A stretch of DNA of 64,000 nucleotides from IMG/VR virus record IMGVR_UViG_3300030103_005758. One strand, written 5' to 3'. Within the stretch, counting starts at the first letter, position 1; each line of letters opens with the position of its first letter. This DNA is from an uncultured virus (IMG/VR IMGVR_UViG_3300030103_005758) (taxonomy: Duplodnaviria; Heunggongvirae; Uroviricota; Caudoviricetes). The translations under genes were made by a program, and so were the position numbers. The notes below the pieces were generated by a model. The model worked only from the letters and a program-made list of their open reading frames with translations. It ran no database searches and was not told the origin of the DNA. Positions 10,231 to 18,302 of this stretch are shown here, piece after piece.

Positions 10231-11193
10231 ATGCCAAGTTGGAAAAAAGTCATAGTCTCCGGATCCCATGCAGAACTAAGTTCAGTTACAGGTTCATTTA
10301 CAGGTTCATTTAAAGGAGTAGTTGTAGGTACTATTGCCTCTTCTTCTACTGCATTATTAGCTGGAACAGCTTCTGTTGCTACTAGAGCAAATTCTTTAGC
10401 TCCAACTGCAACTGCTTCATTCGCAGACAGTGCTACAACAGCTTCTCATGCATTAAATGTACCTAATACTGCATCACATGCACTAACTACAGTATCAGCT
10501 TCAATAGCCGATGAAGCTTCAACATTAAGTTCAACTGCAACGGCTTCATTTGCTGATATATCCACATTAGCTAGAGCAGGTTCAGGATCATTTAGTGGTT
10601 CATTTCAAGGTGATGGTTCAAATTTATCAGGAATTGCTACTACTTTAACTGTAGATGGTGATTCAGGAGCACAAGATGTAGATTTACAAACTGATGATTT
10701 ACAAATATTAGGTACTGCAAATGAAATAGTAACTGCCGTTACAAAAGCTGGTAACGACGTAAGAGCAACTATTAGTTTACCTGATGATGTTACTATTGGA
10801 CAAGATTTAACAGTTACTAGAGATGCTACTATTACTAGGAATTTAACTGTTCAAGGTACAGCTTCTTTTCAACATACAACTGATTTAGATGTTGCAGATA
10901 GATTCATTAGATTAGCATCAGGATCAAATGCTGCAGGGGATGGTGGTATAGCTGTTATTCAATCTGGATCCAAAAACTCCGAAGCATTAGCTTATGATTC
11001 AGCCGTAACTAGATGGGGTTTTACTGGTTCTTTTGATCCATCTCAAAATACTATAGTTCCAGAAGCATTTGTTGCAGCGGTAATAGAAGGTGGGAGTGGA
11101 GATAATGATCCTACTGATACAATTGCTAAATATGCTAAAAAAGGAAATATATTTGTAGCAGATAACGGAGAAATATATGTTTATTCTTCATAA
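10231..11193 (+). CDS. Fibre-associated structural protein (MPSWKK family)
   Basis: TGSF/ASxA repeats; N-terminus paralogous to 11532. Confidence 0.6.
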   Translation: MPSWKKVIVSGSHAELSSVTGSFTGSFKGVVVGTIASSSTALLAGTASVATRANSLAPTATASFADSATTASHALNVPNTASHALTTVSASIADEASTLSSTATASFADISTLARAGSGSFSGSFQGDGSNLSGIATTLTVDGDSGAQDVDLQTDDLQILGTANEIVTAVTKAGNDVRATISLPDDVTIGQDLTVTRDATITRNLTVQGTASFQHTTDLDVADRFIRLASGSNAAGDGGIAVIQSGSKNSEALAYDSAVTRWGFTGSFDPSQNTIVPEAFVAAVIEGGSGDNDPTDTIAKYAKKGNIFVADNGEIYVYSS

Positions 11194-11208
11194 TAAATTT
11201 TAATAGTT

Positions 11209-11427
11209 TTGGGTTTTATTGCAAGCAAAATAGAAGTAAAAGAGGGAAAAAGTAAGGTAATTGATAATGCAGAATTACCTCAAGATTTGCTTTTAGATAA
11301 GGCAGAATTACAAGTTCTTTTAAAAATGATTAAAAATTCTTCATTTGAAGGAAAAGATATTGAACTGGTTTTTAAAATGACCTGGAAATTACAAGAAGCT
11401 TATTTATCTCTACAAGAGAATGAATAA
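11209..11427 (+). CDS. Hypothetical small helical protein (possible fibre chaperone), TTG start
   Basis: Fills gap in fibre cluster on coding strand. Confidence 0.55.
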   Translation: MGFIASKIEVKEGKSKVIDNAELPQDLLLDKAELQVLLKMIKNSSFEGKDIELVFKMTWKLQEAYLSLQENE

Positions 11428-11472
11428 ATATATTTTACTTCTCCTCCATAAATTTAAAATATTTATACTTGA

Positions 11473-11525
11473 TATTATCGGCCCTTAAGGGAAGTGGGCA
11501 GGCAATCCTGTAACCAACCATAATA
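11473..11525 (+). ncRNA. Candidate structured cis-regulatory RNA (three-way junction) in a 5' UTR
   Basis: GC-rich island: TATTAT(C)GG/CCATAATA, CCC-TTAA-GGG, TGG/CCA, GCAGG-CAAT-CCTGT. Confidence 0.5.
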
Positions 11526-11531
11526 AATTAT

Positions 11532-12158
11532 ATGCCTAGTTGGAAAAAACTTATTACTAGTGGCTCTAATGCTACTCTATCCTCACTATCAGTTGATAAC
11601 CAAATAACGGGTTCATCTTATACAGGTTCTTTTACTGGTTCTTATCAAGGTGATGGTTCGGATTTAACAGGTATAAATCCTTTCCCATTTACTGGATCCG
11701 CTTCAGTCCTAGGAGATTTAAGATTAGACTCTCCATCAAATGATTACGTAGATGATGCTTATGTAAATGATTATTTAGTTGGTGGAACTGCTTTAATAGT
11801 TGAGGATAATGCTATATTTAGTGGTTCTGTAACTGTATTAAATTTATCAGGTTCAGTTTCAGGTTCATTCCAAGGACAAGTAAATACAGAATTATTAAGA
11901 ATTAGTTCTCCAAATGATTATGTTGCTGATTATGTTGAAGATTATATAGCGGGTATAGCATTAATTACAACAGGGTCAGCTATCATAGAAGGTGGGGCAG
12001 ATATAATAGGACCTTTAAATCATTCACAAGGAGCAGTTGTATTAACTAGAGTATCTGAAAGTCTTAACTTTACAAATGATACAGATGCAGCTACTGGTGG
12101 AGTTCCTTTAGGAGGATTATACAGAAATGGAAACGATATTAAAATTAGAATAACTTAA
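11532..12158 (+). CDS. Fibre-associated structural protein (MPSWKK family)
   Basis: 'GSYQGDGS.LTGI..FPFTGSA', C-terminal 'AATGGVPLGGLYRNG..IKIR'. Confidence 0.6.
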   Translation: MPSWKKLITSGSNATLSSLSVDNQITGSSYTGSFTGSYQGDGSDLTGINPFPFTGSASVLGDLRLDSPSNDYVDDAYVNDYLVGGTALIVEDNAIFSGSVTVLNLSGSVSGSFQGQVNTELLRISSPNDYVADYVEDYIAGIALITTGSAIIEGGADIIGPLNHSQGAVVLTRVSESLNFTNDTDAATGGVPLGGLYRNGNDIKIRIT

Positions 12159-12186
12159 CAATATTTATAACATATATTAATTAACT

Positions 12187-14505
12187 ATGGCAATTACTTT
12201 AAGAACAGGTTTAGGTAGAAAGCTTACCATCGCAGAGATGGATGAAAACTTTACTTTTTTAAGTAGCTCCTATGTAGTAAACAGTGTGACGGCTTCAATG
12301 ACGGCTGGTTCAGCTTCAGTTGCTACAAGAGCTAATGGTTTAGCTCCAACGGTAACAGCTTCATTTGCTGATACAACTACATCGGCTTCTATATCTACCA
12401 CTGCTCAAACATCATCCGTTGCTACAAGAGCTAATACTTTAGCTCCAACTGCAACAGCTACATCTGCATCAACAGCAGTATTAGCCCAAACTGCTTCCGT
12501 TGCTACTAGGGCAAATGGTTTAGCTCCTACAGTTACAGCAACATCAGCCTCTACTGCTATTGCAGCTCAAACAGCCTCAGTGGCTACAAGAGCAAATGGC
12601 TTAGCACCAACAGTTACAGCAACTTCTGCTTCAACTGCTATTGCAGCTCAAACAGCCTCAGTCGCTACAAGAGCAAATGCTTTAGCCCCTACAGTAACTG
12701 CCACTTCAGCTTCCGTAGCTGCAAGAGCAACTACTTTAAGTGCACAAGCTACAGCTTCATTTGCAGACGTAGCAGGCACGGTACATGATGGTAACATAAC
12801 TGCTACAAAAATTGCAGCAGATGCCGTTATTACAACTAAAATATTAAATAGTAATGTAACAAATGCTAAATTAGCAAATGATAGTGTTACTATAGGTTCA
12901 ACAGAAGTAGATTTAGGAGCTACAGCAGCTTCATTAACAGGGTTGACAAGCATTTCTGCTCAAACTGGTAGTTTTGTATTACAAGTATTTGAATCCGCTT
13001 CTACTATAATAACATCTGGATCAAACATTCTTGGTGATAAAGCAACTGATATTCAACAAATTACAGGTAGTTTACTACAAACAGGTAGTATGACTGTTAT
13101 AGGTAATATATCAGCTAGTGTAGGAGGATTTAGTGGTTCATTCCAAGGAGATGGTACATTATTAACAGGTGTAATAGCTTCAGGTTCGATTCAATCAGCC
13201 TCTGTTGCTGCAAGAGCAACTACTTTAAGCCCAGCGGCTACGGCTGCATCATCATCAACGGCAATATTAGCCCAAACAGCTTCTGTTGCTACAAGAGCAA
13301 ATGCTTTAGCCCCTACAGTAACTGCCACTTCAGCCTCTGTTGCTGCAAGAGCAACTACTTTAAGTGCTGCGGCAACAGCAAGTTTTGCAGATAAAGCAAA
13401 CGTCGCTGTAACATCAAATGTAATTCCTGTAACAGTAGTTAATGATGGAGGAAACAAATATGCATTTAATGGAGTAACTGCTCCAAAAATATCACTTAAT
13501 AGAGGAGAATTATACAGATTTGATCTATCAGATTCAAGTAATAATGGTCACCCACTTAGATTTAGATTACTTAATGATACCTCATACACACCAGGAGTAA
13601 ATGCAGTAGGTACACCAGGTCAAGCAGGTGCATATGTGGATTTTGATGTTAATTTTTCAACATCAGCATCTTTAAAATATTACTGTACATCCCATGGAAA
13701 TGGAATGGGTAATACAGCTCAAGTACCAGATTTTCTTAATAATAGTGGTTCATTTAGTGGTTCTTATCAAGGTGATGGTTCTAATATAACTGCAGTATCA
13801 GCAATTTCATCATCTACAGCAGTATTAGCTCAAACAGCCTCTGTTGCTACTAGAGCTAATGGTTTAGCACCAACAGTTACAGCATCATTTGCAGATTTAG
13901 CAAGTAATGTACGTAACCTTTCCATTTCAGGATCTGGAGCTATATCAGGTTCATTATTAGTAACAGGAAGTTCTGCTCTAGCAATAAGAGTTAGTGGTAG
14001 TACAGCTTTAACAGGTAGTATTTTCCAAACAGGATCATTTAACGTCTCGGGTAGTAGTATGTTATCTGGATCTGTAAGTATTACTGGTAGCACAAATATA
14101 ATTGGTGCCGTAAGTTCAAGTGATACAGGTAGGTTTAAGAGTTTAGGTATTAATGTTGCCCCTTCAGGTGTAGCCGGAGCTATATTAGCTACTAATGATG
14201 TTGTTGCATTTGCCTCTTCAGATGAAAGATTAAAGGAAAATCTAGAACCAATTGGAAGTGCAGTTGAAAAAGTAGAACAAATAACAGGATATACTTATAA
14301 TTGGATTCCTATGGAAGATATTCACGTATATGGTGATATGAAAGATATAGGTGTAATAGCACAAGAAGTAGAAAAAGTATTACCTGAAATAGTATCAGAT
14401 AGAGAAAATGGATATAAAGCAATTAAATATGATAAATTGACAGCTGTATTAATCCAAGCAGTAAAAGAATTATCTGATAGAGTTAAAACTTTAGAAAATA
14501 AATAA
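12187..14505 (+). CDS. Long tail fibre with Ala/Thr repeats, cupredoxin-like module and S74-like chaperone
   Basis: 'LT..EMDENF' fibre N-terminus; 27-aa repeats; 'SSDERLKENL...GVIAQEVE'. Confidence 0.8.
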   Translation: MAITLRTGLGRKLTIAEMDENFTFLSSSYVVNSVTASMTAGSASVATRANGLAPTVTASFADTTTSASISTTAQTSSVATRANTLAPTATATSASTAVLAQTASVATRANGLAPTVTATSASTAIAAQTASVATRANGLAPTVTATSASTAIAAQTASVATRANALAPTVTATSASVAARATTLSAQATASFADVAGTVHDGNITATKIAADAVITTKILNSNVTNAKLANDSVTIGSTEVDLGATAASLTGLTSISAQTGSFVLQVFESASTIITSGSNILGDKATDIQQITGSLLQTGSMTVIGNISASVGGFSGSFQGDGTLLTGVIASGSIQSASVAARATTLSPAATAASSSTAILAQTASVATRANALAPTVTATSASVAARATTLSAAATASFADKANVAVTSNVIPVTVVNDGGNKYAFNGVTAPKISLNRGELYRFDLSDSSNNGHPLRFRLLNDTSYTPGVNAVGTPGQAGAYVDFDVNFSTSASLKYYCTSHGNGMGNTAQVPDFLNNSGSFSGSYQGDGSNITAVSAISSSTAVLAQTASVATRANGLAPTVTASFADLASNVRNLSISGSGAISGSLLVTGSSALAIRVSGSTALTGSIFQTGSFNVSGSSMLSGSVSITGSTNIIGAVSSSDTGRFKSLGINVAPSGVAGAILATNDVVAFASSDERLKENLEPIGSAVEKVEQITGYTYNWIPMEDIHVYGDMKDIGVIAQEVEKVLPEIVSDRENGYKAIKYDKLTAVLIQAVKELSDRVKTLENK
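12310..12745 (+). repeat. Tandem ~81-nt (27-aa) coding repeat SASTAxxAQTASVATRANxLAPTVTAT
   Basis: actgctattgcagctcaaacagcctcag recurs at 12553 and 12634; further copies at ~13250-13370 and ~13810-13900. Confidence 0.85.
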
Positions 14506-14526
14506 TATAGTTATTTAATTTTAGTT

Positions 14527-14560
14527 AAAAAAGGAGAACATTTGTTCTCTTTTTTGTTTT
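14527..14560 (+). terminator. Intrinsic terminator after fibre cluster
   Basis: aaaaaaggagaac-attt-gttctctttttt followed by T-rich tail. Confidence 0.7.
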
Positions 14561-14599
14561 CATATACAAATTAAATATTTATATATAAATAAAAACGTT

Positions 14600-14854
14600 A
14601 TGGCAATTAAAGAAACAAAGGTAACAAACGAGGAGTTAAAGGAATTAGAAGATTTCCAACAAAACATTAATGTTATAACCTATCAATTAGGACAATTAAC
14701 ATTAAAAAAATTAAATATTAATGAAGAAGAAGAAGTTTTAAAAACAAGATATAAACAACTTCTTTTAGAAGAAAAAGAAATAGGAGATAAATTAAAAGAA
14801 AAATATGGTGATGCATCAATTGATTTAAAAACAGGTGCAATAACCAATAATTGA
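14600..14854 (+). CDS. Small coiled-coil protein
   Basis: Heptad-rich; ends 'LKEKYG..SIDLKTG.I'. Confidence 0.65.
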   Translation: MAIKETKVTNEELKELEDFQQNINVITYQLGQLTLKKLNINEEEEVLKTRYKQLLLEEKEIGDKLKEKYGDASIDLKTGAITNN

Positions 14855-14909
14855 TAATATTTTTAAAACTCTCTTATATATTTATTATTGATAAAAATAA
14901 ATTATTACA

Positions 14910-16646
14910 ATGGCTGAAACATTATTATCCCCAGGAGTTTTAACACGTGAAAACGATCAATCACTTGTTACACAAGGACCCGTAGTAGCAGGACTAGCAA
15001 TTTTAGGTCCTACAGTAAAAGGTCCAGTAAATGTCCCAACAGTAGTTACTTCATATAGTGATTATAAAAATAAATTTGGTGGATCATTTACAAGTGCAAG
15101 TATAAAATTTGAATATTTAACTAACATTTCAATTAATAACTACTTCCAACAAGGAGGACAAACTGCAGTTGTTACTAGAATTGTATCGGCTTCATATGCG
15201 CCCTCAAGTGCAGAAGTAAGAGCAATTATGCATGCTGATTCTGCATCATTTACATTAGAAACCTTATCAGAAGGTGCTATAATGAATAACTCAGGTAGTG
15301 TATCTACAAGTGGTTCATTAGTAAGTGGTTCATCAGAGAATTTAAGATATGAAATTGCAAATGTTGATTCAGGGAGTGGTACATTTAACTTATTAATTAG
15401 AAGAGGGGATGATACTACAAGTAGAAAAACAATATTAGAATCTTTTACAGATTTATCATTAGATCCTAATTCACCAAATTATATAGAACAAGTAATTGGT
15501 AACCAAAGACAAAATTTTGATACTGATGCTGATGGAAATAGATTTATACAAACTACAGGATCTTACACTAATAACAGCCGTTTCGTAAGAGTATCTTCAG
15601 TAGGTCAACCGACATTAGACTATTTGGATAGTGATGGTAACTTTAAAGCAGCACTTACTTCATCATTACCTCAAATAGGTAGTGGTTCAAATCAAGGAGC
15701 ATTTACAGGAGGAGCAGGTAGCGTATTTGGAAGAGGTGCTAATGGAAATACAAGATTAAAAATGTATGATGAAATAGACGTTTCTTCTATTCAAGGATTA
15801 GAAGCAGCTTACTATACAGCATCATTAAACTTATTACAAAATACAGATGAGTATGATTTTGAAATACTAACTATACCAGGTGTAACAATTCAAAATGGAA
15901 ACGTTGCTGTAAATTCGGCAATTGATTGTGTTACACAAAGAGGTGATGCTATAGCAATAGTTGATACTAGAGATTATGGTGCAACATTAAACCAAGCAAT
16001 AACTTCAGCAACAACAATTGATTCAAGCTTTGGTGCTACTTATTGGCCTCATGTTCAAGTGAAAGGAGTAGAAACTGGTAAAAACGTTTTTGTACCAGCT
16101 TCAACAGTAATGCCAGGAGTATATGCTACTAATGATAGATTAGGTGCTGAATGGTTTGCTCCAGCAGGATTTAATAGAGGTGGTGTAGGTGGTGTAATTA
16201 CCACTGAAAGAAAATTATCTCCAGCGGATAGAGATAAATTATACTTAGCAAAAGTTAATCCAATAGCTCAATTCCCAGGAAATGGAACAGTAGTATTTGG
16301 TCAGAAAACATTACAAAATGCAGCTACTGCTTTAGATAGAGTAAATGTTAGAAGACTATTAATAGAACTAAAAAGAGTAATTGGTGATATAGGAAATGGA
16401 TTATTATTTGAGCAAAATACTGCTGCAACTAGAAATAGATTCCTAAACCAAGTAAACCCATTTTTAGAAGGAATACAACAAAGACAAGGATTATTTGCTT
16501 ATAGAGTAGTAATGGATGATACAAATAATACAGCTGATGTAATTGATAGAAATCAAATGGTAGGACAAATATTTATCCAACCAACTAAAACAGCTGAATT
16601 TATAATACTAGACTTTAATGTAACACCAACGGGAGTTGAATTCTAA
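14910..16646 (+). CDS. Contractile tail sheath protein (gp18-like)
   Basis: 'LSPGVLTRE', 'WFAPAGFNRG', 'GQKTLQ...ALDRVNVRRLLI', 'PTKTAEFIILDF'. Confidence 0.95.
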   Translation: MAETLLSPGVLTRENDQSLVTQGPVVAGLAILGPTVKGPVNVPTVVTSYSDYKNKFGGSFTSASIKFEYLTNISINNYFQQGGQTAVVTRIVSASYAPSSAEVRAIMHADSASFTLETLSEGAIMNNSGSVSTSGSLVSGSSENLRYEIANVDSGSGTFNLLIRRGDDTTSRKTILESFTDLSLDPNSPNYIEQVIGNQRQNFDTDADGNRFIQTTGSYTNNSRFVRVSSVGQPTLDYLDSDGNFKAALTSSLPQIGSGSNQGAFTGGAGSVFGRGANGNTRLKMYDEIDVSSIQGLEAAYYTASLNLLQNTDEYDFEILTIPGVTIQNGNVAVNSAIDCVTQRGDAIAIVDTRDYGATLNQAITSATTIDSSFGATYWPHVQVKGVETGKNVFVPASTVMPGVYATNDRLGAEWFAPAGFNRGGVGGVITTERKLSPADRDKLYLAKVNPIAQFPGNGTVVFGQKTLQNAATALDRVNVRRLLIELKRVIGDIGNGLLFEQNTAATRNRFLNQVNPFLEGIQQRQGLFAYRVVMDDTNNTADVIDRNQMVGQIFIQPTKTAEFIILDFNVTPTGVEF

Positions 16647-16662
16647 AAAATAAAAAAGGCAA

Positions 16663-16670
16663 TATTTATA
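16663..16670 (+). promoter_or_regulatory. Putative late promoter TATTTAT(A), representative copy
   Basis: Same motif upstream of starts at 880, 3423, 7792, 10202, 11460, 12162, 14576, 14879, 17233, 18281, 20408, 32984, 43230 and 61921. Confidence 0.65.
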
Positions 16671-16684
16671 ATAAACAATAGAAA

Positions 16685-17170
16685 ATGGCAGTATTAGACC
16701 CTAACGAAATAATGTATACCGCTTTTGAACCAAAAGTTCAAAATAGATTTATACTATATGTAGACGGTATCCCAGCATATTTAATTAAAAATGTAACTGC
16801 ACCTGGATTTGAAGCAGGTGAAATCATTCTTGACCACATGAATGTGTATAGAAAAGTGAAAGGAAAAGTTAGATGGAATGATATGACTTTAGGTCTATAT
16901 GATCCTGTAACTCCATCAGGAGCTCAAGCTATAATGGAATGGGCTAGATTAGCACATGAAAGTGTAACTGGTAGAGATGGATATTCTGATTTCTATAAGA
17001 AAAATTTAACATTAGATATATTAGGTCCAGTAGGAGATGTAGTAAGCGAATGGGTTATCAAAGGAGCTTACTGTAAAACTGCTACATTTGGTGAATATGA
17101 TTGGTCAGCTGACGCAGCAATCAATTTAGATATCACTATTGCAATGGATTATTGTATATTAAACTTTTAA
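16685..17170 (+). CDS. Tail tube protein (gp19-like)
   Basis: Follows sheath; 'FEPKVQNRF', 'YKKNLTL..LGPVGDVVSEW'. Confidence 0.9.
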   Translation: MAVLDPNEIMYTAFEPKVQNRFILYVDGIPAYLIKNVTAPGFEAGEIILDHMNVYRKVKGKVRWNDMTLGLYDPVTPSGAQAIMEWARLAHESVTGRDGYSDFYKKNLTLDILGPVGDVVSEWVIKGAYCKTATFGEYDWSADAAINLDITIAMDYCILNF

Positions 17171-17195
17171 TTACCCAACCCTCCATACCTTTGAG

Positions 17196-17228
17196 AATGG
17201 TGCCTATTTTGGCACCATTTTTGTTTTT
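17196..17228 (+). terminator. Intrinsic terminator after tail tube
   Basis: aatggtgcc-tatttt-ggcaccatt followed by T tract. Confidence 0.8.
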
Positions 17229-17267
17229 TATATATTTATATCCGTAAAAAAATAAGTTATTAAAAGT

Positions 17268-18023
17268 ATGGAAGAAAACGTTACAAAATCAAAATTAAAA
17301 TTCCCAACAGAAACAGTTGAATTACCATCTAAGGGATTAATATATCCTAAGGATAATCCATTATCATCAGGTAAATTGGAAATGAAATATATGACTGCTA
17401 AAGAAGAAGATATTTTAACTAATACTAATTATATTCAAAAAGGTACTGTATTAGATAAATTACTAGAATCTTTAATAGTATCTAAAATAAACTATAATGA
17501 TTTAATTACTGGAGATAAAAATGCATTATTAATAGCAGCTAGAGTATTAGGTTATGGTAAAGATTATGAATTTTCCTATGCAGGTCAAACATTATCAGTT
17601 GATTTAACTACCTTAGAAGATAAAAATTTAAATACTAAAGATTTAATAGAGGAAGGTATAAATGAATTTGAGTTTAGTTTACCAAGTTCTAAAACTACAG
17701 TTACCTTTAAATTATTAACTCATGGTGATGAAAGATCAATAGATAGAGAACTTCAAGGTTTAAAGAAAATTAGAAAAGATATAGTTCCTGAAGCAACTAC
17801 AAGATTAAAATACATGATCACTTCAGTAGATGGTGATAGGGAAAAGAAAACAATTAGAGAATTTGTAGATAATTATTTATTAGCTATAGATGCTAGATCA
17901 TTACGTGAAGAAATCCGTAGAGTTTCACCTGATGTTGAACTTAAATACTATGGAGATGATGTAGAGGAGGCCATCACTATTCCAGTAGATCTTACCTTTT
18001 TTTGGCCTGACGCCCGAATATAG
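17268..18023 (+). CDS. Baseplate hub/tail assembly chaperone (gp26-like)
   Basis: 'VELPSKG..Y', 'MTAKEEDILT', C-terminal 'FFWPD'; lies between tube and tape measure. Confidence 0.75.
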   Translation: MEENVTKSKLKFPTETVELPSKGLIYPKDNPLSSGKLEMKYMTAKEEDILTNTNYIQKGTVLDKLLESLIVSKINYNDLITGDKNALLIAARVLGYGKDYEFSYAGQTLSVDLTTLEDKNLNTKDLIEEGINEFEFSLPSSKTTVTFKLLTHGDERSIDRELQGLKKIRKDIVPEATTRLKYMITSVDGDREKKTIREFVDNYLLAIDARSLREEIRRVSPDVELKYYGDDVEEAITIPVDLTFFWPDARI

Positions 18024-18270
18024 AAAAAATTTATTTTCTCAAATACATGAGATAATATTTCATGGGAATGGTGGTTATGATTGGCACACTGTTTATACTA
18101 TGCCTGTTTGGCTCCGTAATTTTACTTACAAAAAATTAGAAGAACATTATAAAAAAATACAGGATAAAGAAAATAAACAAGCAAATACCCTTAAAAACAA
18201 ATCAGAAATACATAGACCCAATATAAATCCATCTAACGTATATAATAGTTCAATGCCTACTAAAAAGTAG
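17998..18270 (+). CDS. gp51-like tail assembly ORF, probably expressed by a frameshift from 17268
   Basis: +1 frame is open 17989-18270 (FFGLTPEYRKNLFSQIHEIIFHGNGGYDWHTVYTMPVWLRNF...). No ATG until 18100; T7 run at 17997-18003. Confidence 0.65.
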   Translation, partial: FFGLTPEYRKNLFSQIHEIIFHGNGGYDWHTVYTMPVWLRNFTYKKLEEHYKKIQDKENKQANTLKNKSEIHRPNINPSNVYNSSMPTKK

Positions 18271-18280
18271 GCATTTTTTA
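18252..18280 (+). terminator. Intrinsic terminator
   Basis: aatgcctac-taaaaa-gtaggcatt-tttt, overlapping the stop of the +1 ORF. Confidence 0.75.
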
Positions 18281-18302
18281 TATTTATATACACAACTATA
18301 AT

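Noticed and set aside
4530..13713. Duplicated fibre module as a DGR template/variable repeat pair
   Set aside because: Both copies are coding, mismatches are not adenine-specific, and no reverse transcriptase is in the window.
210..14093. Minus-strand and alternate-frame ORFs (e.g. 210..536, 3634..3885, 4097..4306, 12648..12953)
   Set aside because: They are shadows of low-complexity SGT/Ala-Thr coding repeats; the + strand frames are the coherent genes.
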